From Malacoraja senta (Eukaryota), in contig CM075991.1 of NCBI GenBank assembly GCA_038087875.1, forward strand, positions 7,504,001 to 7,568,000: 64,000 bases of DNA, given 5' to 3'. A program made the translations under genes and the position numbers. Below the pieces are notes generated by a model, which was given only the letters and a program-made list of their open reading frames with translations, searched no databases and was not told the origin of the DNA. Of the stretch, positions 39,499-50,935 are shown one piece after another. Every line of letters begins with the position of its first letter. Within the stretch, counting starts at the first letter, position 1.

Positions 39499-40407
39499 CC
39501 TAGTTTAGGCCACTTGCAGGCCACTGGTTCATCTTATTTCCGATGCCACCTGCATCACCAAAACAATTCCCCACCTTTGAAGTATAATCCTTGTTGCAAT
39601 GTAAAACTATAGAAGCAATTTGTACACAGCGAGCTCCCACAGCTCGCAATGTGATAATCACCATTTACTAAGTTATTGTTACGTGATGGCTCTTCAAACA
39701 TCTGTCACTGCACGTTATGAGACGCCACTAATGCTCAAACTATATAATTACCTATTGGTAACATAGTCTATGCACCAAGATTTATGAGTAATTGACTGAA
39801 GAATGAAATTAACAGGCGATAATTATCATCATTAGATGTTTCAAATCAATTGCCTAGCAATAACAACATTGTCATTTGAAGAATTAATTGATAATATCTA
39901 ATTGGCATCCTGCTTCTAATTCTCAATAAAACATGTAAGCCTTCCCTCCAAACCTGATGTCATGGTTCAGAGCTGAGGTTATAACTGATTGTGCGGCAGA
40001 ACTGAATGATATGCTAAATTTAAATTACTGCATTAGATATGCTGAGAACTTTATTGATTTCTTGCATGTTCTCTTGAAGCGTTAATCACTTCAAGGATTA
40101 TCAAAGTTATAGGCAAGCTTCTTGTACATTCTACAAGAGTAGGAATAAAATATTAGAGGCAAATTTCAACTAGGTTATTATTAATGCTGCCCTACAGACA
40201 TATGCGTTGATAAATTGTAGCTCCATACAAATTTAAATCATCTCTCCAGCTCCATTACATCTCTTTCCATTTGTCCAATTCGGTTTCTCATCTCACTTTG
40301 AGCACAATGTTTTTTGGCATGGTATAACTTACATTTTGGGGACTTTTATCAGATATTGAATCTGGCATTTCCACTATGTACAATTACATAATACTTCAGG
40401 CTAATGT

Positions 40408-40437
40408 CTGAAGAAGGGTCTCGACCCGAAACGTCAC
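40408..40437 (+). ncRNA. Minimal type I hammerhead ribozyme-like motif at the start of a 92-bp Penelope-derived unit (40408-40499)
   Basis: CUGAAGA + extra A + stem II GGGU(CUCG)ACCC + GAAA + CG + UC; unit flanked by CTAATGT at 40401-40407 and 40500-40506. Catalytic activity is not demonstrated. Confidence 0.65.
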
Positions 40438-40714
40438 CCATTCCTTCTCTCCAGAGATGCTGCCTGTCCCGCTGAGTTACTCCAGCTTTTTGTGTCTATC
40501 TAATGTTATTGATAGTTTTGTGTTTCAAATAAACTTGTTCTACTCTGATCTAATCTACTCTATGAAACGTCTAATTAAAGATAATGAACTTAAAGTGATG
40601 TGGTGTCAAATATAATATAAAATTCTGTATAAGGCAGAACGTCCGATCTTCTGTAGATGCATGCCTTCCTTAAGATAGAGGGGTTTTGGTCAACAACGGC
40701 AAATATTTATACTT

Positions 40715-41010
40715 GCACGGTGATGCAGCGGTAGAGTTGCTGCCTTGCAGCGCCATAGAGCCGGGTTCGATCCCAACAATGGGTGCTGTCTGTACGGAGT
40801 ATCTACCTTCTCCCCTAACCTCGCCGGTTTTGTCCGAGGGTTCCGGTTTCCTCCCACACTCTGAAGACGAACAGGGTTGTGGGTTAATTTGCTTGGTATA
40901 AATTGTCCCTAGTGTGTGTAGGATGTGTTAATGTGCGGGGATCCCTGGACGGCACAGACTCGGTGGGCCGAAGGACCTGTTTTCGTGCTATATCTCCAAA
41001 ACTAAAATTA
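40715..41010 (+). mobile_element. tRNA-derived SINE (HE1/V-SINE-like)
   Basis: gcacggtgatgcagcggtagag A box, GGTTCGATCC B box, CTAAA tail. Confidence 0.85.
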
Positions 41011-41349
41011 AGATTACTGAATGGGGACACTAGCATTTCATCTCTGAGACTGCTACTGAAACCATCACAAAATAAATGTTCAGTTGCAGTTCAGAGATGA
41101 ATTGCCCTTAATGTCCCATTCAGAATGACCACTAACTATTTAGTGTAGTTTGGAGATCCGAAACAGGTCCTTCAGGCCCACTGTGCCCAACGATTAAACA
41201 TCTACACACACTAGGGACAATTTACAGAAGCCAATTAACCTGCAAGCCTGCACAGTTTTGGAATATGGAAGAAAACCGGAGCACCCTGAGAAAACCCACA
41301 CGGTCATGGGTAGAGAGTACAAACTCCGAACAGACTCAGTATTCTTATA

Positions 41350-41582
41350 TGTAGGAAGGAACTGCAGATGCTGATTTAAATCGAAGGTAGACACAAAATG
41401 CTGGAGTAACTCAGCGGGACAGGCAGCATCTCTGGAGAGAAGGAATGGGTGACTTTTTGGGTCAAGACCCTTCATCAGACTTCAGACTGAAGAAGGGTCT
41501 CGACCCGAAATGTCACCCATTCCTTATCTCTGGAGATGCTGCCTGTCCCGCTGCGTTACTCCAGCATGTTGTGTCTCTCTCC
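41350..41582. mobile_element. Head-to-head inverted pair of Penelope pLTR-derived repeats
   Basis: Minus copy 41350-41480 and plus copy from 41487, with the hammerhead-like cores back to back. Confidence 0.8.
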
Positions 41583-42424
41583 GTATTCTTATGATAAATT
41601 ATCCTTAACAAAAATGGGAATTGTTGGAAAATCGCAGCTAAAACTGACTTCCACCATTTTATGATTTGATAAATATTCTGACGGAATTTTAAAATACTTA
41701 TACCACACTGCTCCAGCATTTCCTCAATGTCCTCTTATGTACAGCGTGGGGCATCTCTTTGTGTTTCAATGCACTAAGATATGTCGAGACATTGCAATTC
41801 AGTAATTGATCTCAACTAGTTAATTCGTTTGATGGTGTTTTAATGATTCATGTGGTAAATTTGAATTATTGATGGCTCCCACTAAATAAAAAATAAACAC
41901 ACACACACAAAAACTTAATCCATTTAGTGTGTGTTTAGGCATAAAAAACTCTTTTAAATCTTAGTTAGTGTGTAAGAGGAAATGATTCAGAGCAGAAGAC
42001 AAGATAAGGTTAGTTATGGAGATGATCATTGGTGACTTACTGTATGACAGCATTGGTGAGTTAAGGCAGGTTCAAATTTCCACAGACATTAAAATGACTC
42101 ATCCTTTTTATTTTATGGGACAAGATTCCGTGTTCAGCACTCCGAGTCGACACCAGCAATACACAGCAGGAAAATACAGGGTTCGAGCTGGTGACTTTCA
42201 GTCTATGAGCAATTATGTATTGGAGTCACAAAGGACATGATATTCTCTGTAGGTGCCCCACCCAAAACCCTATCCCTTTCGTTGTTCTTTCCTTCATGCA
42301 TGTTGAAGAGGAAGCATACAAATGGAGGACAATAGGATCACAAGTGCTCATCTGGCCCTATGAGATTGATCCCCATTTGATTAGATCACAGTCAACCATG
42401 ACCCAATTCCTAACATCTGCAGGC

Positions 42425-42853
42425 TGGTACGGTGGTGCAGCGGTAGAGTTGCTGCCTTACAGCGCCAGAGACCCGGGTTCGATCACGACTACGGGTGCTG
42501 TATGTATACAGCTTGTACGCTCTCCCCGTTACCTGCGTGGGTTTCCTCCGCAGTCTCCGGTTTCCTCCAACACTCCAAAGACGTACAGGTGTGTAGGTTA
42601 ATTGGCGTGGTATAATTGTAAATTGCCCCTAGTGTTTATACAAACACTATAATGTACGATAATGTAAGTGCGTGGGGATCGCTGGTTGGCAGGGTACCGA
42701 TTGGGGATGATCAGCCATGATCACATTGAATGGCGGTGCTGGCTCGAAGGGCCAAATAGCCTACTCCTGCACCTAATGTCTATTGTCTATTGTCTATTGT
42801 CTCGGTGGACCAAAGGGCCTGTCTCTGCACTGTATTTCTAAACTAAAACTAAA
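42425..42853 (+). mobile_element. tRNA-derived SINE containing an inserted CR1 tail (about 42690-42800)
   Basis: A box TGGTGCAGCGG, B box GGTTCGATC, CTAAA tail; internal CR1 3' UTR ending (CTATTGT)3. Confidence 0.85.
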
Positions 42854-43040
42854 TATGTTGTTTCCTCTGTAAGGTTGAGTACTTTGGTTGGAAACTTCCT
42901 CCAATATCAGATTTCAAATTAGTCTTTCATTAATTACCACTTGTCAAAGAGAGTTCCAACCTTCTAGCGCCCCTTCTGGGTCAGTTTAGGGTCTCCTAGA
43001 CTCTTCAGCTGAAGGAGCTCTATTGTCTCCATCTGTCCAT

Positions 43041-43042
<2 letters not shown>

Positions 43043-43086
<44 letters not shown>

Positions 43087-43440
43087 TTAGAAGTACATTA
43101 CATTACAACCACATACATTAATACTCGTCATTTATATCTTCTTACAATTAATGTACTCCCTTTATTTATTTTTTTACACTAGAAAAAGAAAAGATTGAAA
43201 GAAAGAAGAAAGTGAAGGAAAAAGTGCAAGTGTAGAAAAGTGTAGAAAATGTAACAACAAAAAAGGACGAAGACCCTATAAGAGCGAAATTAAAAACAAA
43301 AAGAAAAAGAGTTAAGAAATAGGCCCTAAGAAAAGAAAAGAGAAAGAGAAAAAAAGAGAAACAAATGTTTTTTTTGAGCATCACGTAAATAGGACATACC
43401 AACTCTTCAACTATCATCCCCCCTTACCTGACCTCCATCT
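43043..43440 (-). mobile_element. Polyadenylated retrocopy (L1/Tx1-like 3' UTR) with 12-bp TSD
   Basis: 37-nt poly(T) at 43043-43079 next to an antisense AATAAA (tttatt); ATCTGTCCATTC at 43031-43042 and 43441-43452. Confidence 0.75.
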
Positions 43441-43639
43441 ATCTGTCCATTCAATCATCCATAAGATCCTGCATAACTTGCTCCATACCCAAGTGAATGC
43501 AATAATAGTTTATATTATTAAGCCTCTCAATTTATTCTTTTGAGTCCATTTATCATTCTGATCTTATGCTCGGTTTCTCCAGTCATTCTTCTTGTGGATC
43601 CATCTATCAACGTAAAATGTGTTTTCCGTGACAAGCACA

Positions 43640-43900
43640 CGTCAACTCTTGCACTGACCAGACCTTCAACAGTGTAAGGACCATCCCCGACTTGAGATAG
43701 ATCAAAAGATGTTGTAGGATCCCCATGTCACCACGCTTGCAGGTCTTGGTGTGACACACACATCTACAATGCCAGCTCCAGATCCACACGCATGGATGGG
43801 AAGGTAGAATCTTCTGGGTAGCCTTACCACTGCCCTTACAAGGAGTCATTGTTGAAGCACTCATGCCACAGACTGAGGAGTCTTTGTGAGTGTGGATCTT
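43640..43900 (-). mobile_element. Highly decayed RTE-clade LINE fragment (tentative)
   Basis: Minus-strand remnants RLPRRFY and KTCKRGDM resemble the RTE ORF C-terminus (RIPK..LYG, KDVCKRDM). Confidence 0.35.
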
Positions 43901-46286
43901 GGCACACAGTGGACAAATACTGATGATTTCAATACCTACTCAGTATCTCTATTCATTTCTTCCTGCTGCAAAATGGCACGATGGTGCAGTTGGTAGAGCT
44001 GCTGCCACATAGTGACAGAGACCCGGGTTCGAACTGACTGTGTGGGGTATTGTCTGTGTGGGGCTTGCACATTCTCCCTGTGACCGCATGGATTTCCTCC
44101 GGGTGCTCATGCTTCCTCCCACATCGCAAAGGCGTGCGGGTTTGTAAGTTTGGACGGTGCACTGAAGACCCTGTTTCCATGCTGTAAACCAGACTCTAAA
44201 CTAAACAGATCAATAACTTTCCTTCAGATCTGCCAGTTTCAACTCCGGGTAATAGCCTCTTTGTCAAATGTCTTTAAACTATCCATATAAATAACATCCA
44301 TAAAGTCTGCTCCTCTCATCAAGTCCCACAATGTCAATCAGCTTTGCCAGGCACTGCCTACCATTTAAAAATGCAGGCTGCCTCTCCAATCAAGCACAAA
44401 CCCTGAAGGTATTTTTAATTCTCTCTAATCCCAATTATAATCTCTTGTCATTTTTTTGATTCTGTCCAGTTCACTGGCCTAAACGTTCTCAGTTTCCCTC
44501 TTAAGGAGCAGACTTGTCACAAACATCATTTATGTTCCACCGTCCTGTGGTCATGGTCAAATGTAAAATGGGGCTTCAGATTTTCCTCTTCGATTTACTT
44601 GTGTGTATTGAACATCTCGCTAAGATTGCCTTTCACTCATCTCCTTACACTTTGAGTTTTATAGCTCCGCCATGTTACTCAACAAAATTGACCGGTCTTT
44701 TATGCTTTTTCTACAGCCTTTGAACCTCTGTGGCCTGAGTTGTTTCTGACCCTCACCTGTAACACTGTAAAAAGCCGATCTTTCAATTCTGACAGACCAG
44801 AGGTAGACACAAAGTGCTGGAGTAACTCAACCAGTCCGGCAGCATCTCTGGAGAAAAAGGATGGGTGACGTTTGAGGTCGGGACCCTTTCTCTAGAGATG
44901 TTGTTTGACCTGCTGAGTTACTCCAGCACTTTGTATCTAGCACCTGCAGTTCTTTGTTTCTACACTCTGACAGACCAAGTTCTGTTTGCCAAAACATTGA
45001 CAACACTGTGCAACATTAAAATGGTGGCCATAAGTTGCTTGGCAGAAGCTTAAAAGTTGTTATCTCATAATTCAGTGAAGTTATTAAGACCACACCATAT
45101 GCGGCATATCATATTTCTACTCTACCTCAAGTAAAGATAACACAGAGAAACTAGTACTGACTTCTATCAGCATGGTTTTGAGTCCTTTTAATGCAAGTCA
45201 GTCACACGGTCTGTAGGGATGCTGCTGTTATCTGAGAAATGCTTTGCCTATCAGTCAAGTGCATTGATGCTGTCTTTGCTGATTTATGTTTCAGATATAT
45301 GGGAGCCTCTTTGCCATTAACAATCCAGTTGAAAGAAGTATGCCTGCCCCTCAGTAGCCAAGAGCCATGAATAAGGTTGAAACCCCTATTCCAATTTGTA
45401 ACTCTTGCAATGCAATCTTATAGCTGTTTTTTATTTTCTATTTAATCTTTCCATCTACCTCTCCCTCACCGTGGATTGGTACCATGTTGAGACTTATCAG
45501 CCTTGGGAATTTGACCCAAATGAGTCCCATCAGTGAGGCTGAGAAACTGTTCCAACAGTTTCACACAAAGGGTGGTGGATGTATGGAACAAGCTGCCAGA
45601 TGAGGTCATTGAGCCAGGGACTATCCCAACATTTAAGAAGCAATTAGACAGGTACATGGATAGGATAGGTTTGGAGGGATATGGACCAAATGTTGGCAGG
45701 TGGGACTAGTGTAGATGGCCAGTATGGGCAGGTTGGGCCGAAGGGCCTGTTTCCACTCTAGGACTCTAGGACTCTACAGGTCAACACTGCACGGCCCACT
45801 CTTAAGTTCACCTGACCATGATATATCCTTCAAGCAGTCATTTGTAAAATAAGCTGAATGCAGAAAATCTGGTTACTCTCCCTCTGCTTTGTCCAGAGGC
45901 TACTGGCATTCCTTGGTTTCAATGAGCTCATTTCACAGCAACTGTGAATTGGCAGAACCTTTCTGACCTCAGCGGCTCATGTTAAATGAGGTTTCCAGTG
46001 ATGTGGGAGTAATTACGCTAACAGGCATGTATATAAAACAGAAATGTCACAGACAGGTCTAGAAAATAATGTTATAAGTCTGTAGCCCCTGCATTCCATC
46101 TCTCCCCCACTCCCCCACCTTAGTCGTCCTACTGATTCCACTGTTTACATCACGGTATTCCTCTTGTTGTCACCTCTTCCCCAGCCAACAATGGGCCATT
46201 GTGGGCTCCACCTTCCTTGCCTTTTTGTCCCCACCACCCCCTCTACTTTCAGTCTGAAGAAGGGTTCCGCCTCGAAATGTCACCCA

Positions 46287-46598
46287 TGTAGAGGCGCAAA
46301 CGTCGTGAATAAATGGATTCTTTATTCAGGCATTGCAGGTTGGAAATACATGGACGTTTAACACTCTAACATAATAGTCGTAGTTGGTGAGAGGCGGTTG
46401 CCTCGTGAGCTCGGTTTAGCTCCTGCTGCGGTGGCAGGACACTCTCATGAAGTGAGAGGAAGCGGAAGAGCAAGAGAGCGAGAGAGGGAAGGTCAGGACT
46501 TATATACTAGGGCACACCCTCATATATCTCGTGATTCCTTCCCAGGGTTGCCGAGGATTCGCAAAGCAGGAGTGGCCTAACCACTAGGTGCCGCTACA
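46287..46598 (-). mobile_element. Solo LTR (Gypsy-like), 312 bp
   Basis: TG...CA ends with inverted termini tgtagaggcgc/gtgccgctaca; antisense TATATAA (about 46500) and AATAAA (about 46321); 4-bp flanks CCCA/CCCG; interrupts a Penelope repeat. Confidence 0.75.
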
Positions 46599-46794
46599 CC
46601 CGTATCTTTTCTCCAGAGATGCTGTCTGACCCACTGACTTACTCCAGCACTTTGTGCCTACCTTCAATCTAAAAGGTCTGTTGGTTTTAGTTCAACTTGG
46701 ACCCACTGGGCATGTCCCACAGTCCTGCTGTTTGCAACAAGTGACACAGACAAAGAAGAATAATCATCTCCATTTACCCATTTGACCGTGACTC

Positions 46795-47187
46795 TGAGCT
46801 CCCTTCCATCGAGGGGATCTATCACAGTCGCTGCCTCAAAAAGGCTGGCAGTATCATCAAGGACCCACACCATCCTGGCCACACACTCATCTCCCTACTA
46901 CCTTCAGGTAGAAGGTACAGGAGCCTGAAGACTGCAACGACCAGGTTCAGGAATAGCTACTTCCCCACAGCCATCAGGTTATTAAACCTCGCTCGGACAT
47001 AACACTGAACTTTATTAGCCAATACTGTTATTTGCACTTTATCAGTATATTGATTCATGTGTGTATATATTTATAGAATGCCTTGTAGTCAATGCCTACT
47101 ATGTTCTGTTGTGCTGAAGCAAAGCAAGAATTTCATTGTCCTATCAGGGACACATGACAATAAACTCACTTGAACTTGAACTTGAAC
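46795..47187 (+). mobile_element. Rex1/Babar LINE 3' fragment
   Basis: LPSIEGIY..RCLKKAGSIIKDPHHPGHTLISLLPSGRRYRSL..TTRFRNSYFPTAIRLLN; AATAAA then (CTTGAA)n tail. Confidence 0.88.
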
Positions 47188-47204
47188 CACTTTAAAACAA
47201 ATAA

Positions 47205-48810
47205 CACATAGAACATAGAACAGTCCAGTTCAAAAACAAATCCTTCGGCCCACGATGTCTACGCCAAACATGATGCCATCTTTTATCTACCTGTGCGTGA
47301 TCCATATTCCTCCATTTCCTCCATATGCCTCTCCAAAGATCTCTTAAATGCCACTAACATATCTGCCCCAACCACCAATCTGGCAGGGCATTCCAGGCAT
47401 CCTCTATAAAAAAAAGTTTAATTAAAAAAAAATCATTAAAAACTTGTCCTGCACATCTCATTTAAACTTTGGCTGACGAGTATATGTTTTTTTTTTCCAT
47501 TGTGGGAGATGGGTTCTGATTGTCCACCCCATCCATGCCTCTCATAATTGTACATACTTCTTTCAGGTCTCCCTGCAACATCCGGCATTCAAAACACAAT
47601 CCAAGTCTATACAGCCTCTGCCTGTGGCTAACACCCCCTAATCCAGGCACCATTCTGGTAAACCTCTGCACCCTTTTCAAAGCTTCCACGCCCTCCCTGT
47701 CATGGGGCAACCAGAGTTGCATGCAAAACCATATACACTGTCTAATTAATGACCTGCAAAGCTGCATCATGACTTACTGACTCTTATGCCCCTGTCCCAC
47801 TTAGGAAATCTGAACGGAAACCTCTGGAGACTTTGCGCCCCACCCAAGGTTTCCGTGCGGTTCCCGGAGGTTCCCGGAGGTTTTTGTCAGTCTCCCTAAT
47901 GGTCGAAAGTGGTTTCCGCTTCTTCTATGTTCCGGCGATTATTTCAAAAAATTCAAAACCGGCCGCAACTAAAAATAGGTACCTTCCACTACTTGCAACC
48001 TCCGGCAACCACCTTCAACTAGCATCGCAACCGGCTTCGACTAAAAAATGACCAATTTTTAAAACGGCAACCTATTTTCAGTCGCGGCCGGTTTTTATTT
48101 TTTTGAAATAATCGGCAGAACATAGAAGAACCTGAAACCACTTTCGACGATTAGGGAGACTGACAAAAACCTCCGGGAACCGCACGGAAACCTTGGGTGG
48201 GGCGCAAAGTCTCCAGAGGTTTCCGTTCAGGTTTCCTAAGTGGGACAGGGGCATTACTGTATGCCCCAACCTATGAAAGCAAGCATATCATATGCCTTCT
48301 TTACCACTCTGTCTACTTGTGAAGCTCTTTCAGGGAGTTATGGGTTTGGACCCCAAGATCCCTCTGCACATCAATGCTGTGAAAGGCCATGCCGTTAATT
48401 ATATATTTTCCCCTTGCAGTTGACCTCCCAAAGTGCAACACCCTCACACTTGCTCGGATTAAACTCCATCTGCAATTTCTCCACTATTTCAGGGTCTCGA
48501 CCCGAAACGTCACCCATTCCTTCTCTCCAGAGATGCTGCCTGTCCTGCTGAGTTACTCCAGCATTTTGTGTCTGCAGCGTATACCTTGACAGGCTTCCTC
48601 ACATTCCATAATCCCAGCAGTTTTTATGTCATCTGCAAACCTACTAATCAACCGATCTACGTTTACATCCAAGCCATTTATATACTGTATATATCACAAA
48701 CAGCAGAGGTCCCTGCGGCACTCCACTGGTCACAAACCTCCAGCCTGAAAATTGGCCAGAAACCACAACCCTCTGCCTTCTATCAGTAAGCCAGTTCTGA
48801 ATCCAATATA
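47205..48810 (-). mobile_element. Old CR1 LINE fragment interrupted by a MITE and a Penelope repeat
   Basis: Degenerate ORF 47462-47770 (QLWLPH..RVQRFTRMVPGL..RLYRLGL) and RT remnants to about 48800; CATAGAA tail. Confidence 0.75.
47787..48253. mobile_element. PIF/Harbinger-type MITE with about 190-bp inverted arms
   Basis: tgcccctgtcccacttaggaaa... / ...tttcctaagtgggacaggggca; TTA at 47784-47786 and 48254-48256. Confidence 0.9.
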
Positions 48811-49791
48811 TCCTTTATTCTTTCCATTTCTCATGCCACCTTCCCTGCAATTTAAAATTATAATCTGTATCTCATCTTGGCAATTCTTTCGGTGTGTCTT
48901 CGACCTGAAATGTTAAAAGGTTTCCTTTCCGCAGATGCTGCCTGACCTGCTGAGTGTTTCCAGCATTTATTTTTAACTTTCAGAGTCACAGCACCTGAAT
49001 GTTTGTTTTTTTATAATATTCAAAGTAAAATGCTATTGGAATACTGGAATTTATAATTCAAAAAGCAGAATATCAGGAGACAAAAGTTAGGGTACTTGTG
49101 TAAAAAAGTTGAGTAAGACGTACTTGGAGGACTGTGAGTGGTTCTATGCATTACATCTTATGCTGTTATTAAAGAGATGGTGGGTGTATGGAACGAACTG
49201 AGGCAGGTACCAAAACAGCATTGTAACAACATTTGGACAGGTACATGAATAGGAAACATTTGGAGGGATATGGGCCAAACGCAGGCTGGTGGGTTTAAGT
49301 TAGATGGAGCATATTGGTTTTCACTCATTGGAGAATCCAGGAGTTAAAGTTATAGTCTAAATATCAAAAGTTTTTTAAGGTGGGAAATTATATACTAAGT
49401 TTGACACTTAAAAGTTGACAGAAGTTTAAAGCCTCTCTGTAAATGCTAGGTCAATTGTTAATTTTAAACCTGAGATTGATAAAGCATTCTGCAGCCAAAG
49501 GGACATGGCAAAATGGCAACGTATCAGATTAGATCAGCCATTACTCAATAGTGAAACAGGCTCCTGGGGCTAAATGTGCTCCATATGTTCCACAACCTGC
49601 AGATTTGGTACCCATAAATAGTGGAAATAAGTATAAAGCAGATTGGGCCTGGCTGTGTGAATGCTAATAGGCTTCTACACCAGAATGAGATACCTGAAAT
49701 AAATGATCTTCTGTCGTCATCAGACCAGCTTGATCTGTAACTGCAGCAAAGCTAATCTTTCAGATTTTAAAATGTGAATTGTTCTGTCTTA

Positions 49792-50037
49792 AGGGCCTGT
49801 CCCACTTGGCCGTCATTTGCGCGTCAAGCAGATGGCGCGCGAAGATTTTGTACATCCCAAAATCCTGGGAGGCCGCGCGCGACCGCGCATCACTGCCTAT
49901 GTCACCACGCACCATGCGTGCGTAATGCGCACCGTGCGCGCATCATGTGCATTTCACAATGCGTGCGTCGTGCGTCGTGATGCGTAAATGATGTCGCGTA
50001 AATTACGCGCAAATGACGGCCAAGTGGAACAGGCCCT
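49792..50037. mobile_element. PIF/Harbinger-type MITE (CpG-rich)
   Basis: TIR agggcctgtcccacttggccgtcatttgcgcgt / acgcgcaaatgacggccaagtggaacaggccct; TTA at 49789-49791 and 50038-50040. Confidence 0.88.
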
Positions 50038-50317
50038 TTAATATTTTCCCTGAAAACACGTGCTTTATGTGCGATTACAAGCACATATAATGTTCTGCGC
50101 TTACCTTATGCAGATGCATAGAGTTCCATACACATTCTAATTGCATACACAAAGCCCCTTGCCACATTAATAGAGCCTGTGTTAAGCATGTGCACTGAGC
50201 TATTCCTACATTAAGGGCACATGTATCCATTGAACCAAGTCTCAATGCATGTATTAATCCTATAGAGAGGTCATAATCGAGCAGACTCGATGGGCCGAAT
50301 AGCTTAATCCTGCTGTT

Positions 50318-50935
50318 GTGTTAAAGAAGGAACTGCAGATGCTGGAAAATCGAAGGTACACAAAAATGCTGGAGAAACTCAGAGCGTGCAGCAGCATCTA
50401 TGCAGCGAAGGAAATAGGCAACGTTTCGGGCCGAAACCCGTCTTCAGAAAGATAGGGGGTGGGGAGAAGAAAGGAAAAAGGCAGAGGAGGAGCCCGAGGG
50501 CTGAGGGATGGGAGGAGACAACCAGAGGGCTGAGGAAGGGGAGGAGACAGCAAGGGCTAGCAAAATTGGGAGAATTCAATGTTCATGCCCCCAGGATGCA
50601 GACTGCCCAAGCGGAATATGAGGTGCATTTCCTCCAATTTCCGGTGTTGCTCGCTGTGGCCATGGAGGAGACCCAGGACAGAGAGGTTGGATACGGAATG
50701 GGAGGGGGAGTTGAAGTGCTGAGCCACCGGGAGGTCAGGTTGGTTATTGCGGACCGACCGGAGGTGTTCGGCGAAACGATCGCCAAGCCTCCGCTTGGTC
50801 TCACCGATGTAGATCAGCTGACATCTAGAGCAGCGGATGCAATAGATGAGGTTGGAGGAGATGCAGGTGAACCTCTGTCGCACCTGGAACGACTGCTTGG
50901 GTCCTTGAATGGAGTCGAGGGGGGAGGTGAAGGGA
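50318..50935 (-). mobile_element. Penelope-like element 3' part encoding a GIY-YIG endonuclease plus pLTR
   Basis: ORF 50557-50883 FTCISSNLIYCIRCSRCQLIYIGETKRRLGDRFAEH..PVAQHFN..HPGGMN; degenerate hammerhead-like core at 50420-50447. Confidence 0.92.

Noticed and set aside
46548..46570. About 23-nt similarity between the solo LTR and the DIRS gag region (57667-57690, reverse strand)
   Set aside because: Short, needs one mismatch and one indel, no flanking similarity; treated as chance.
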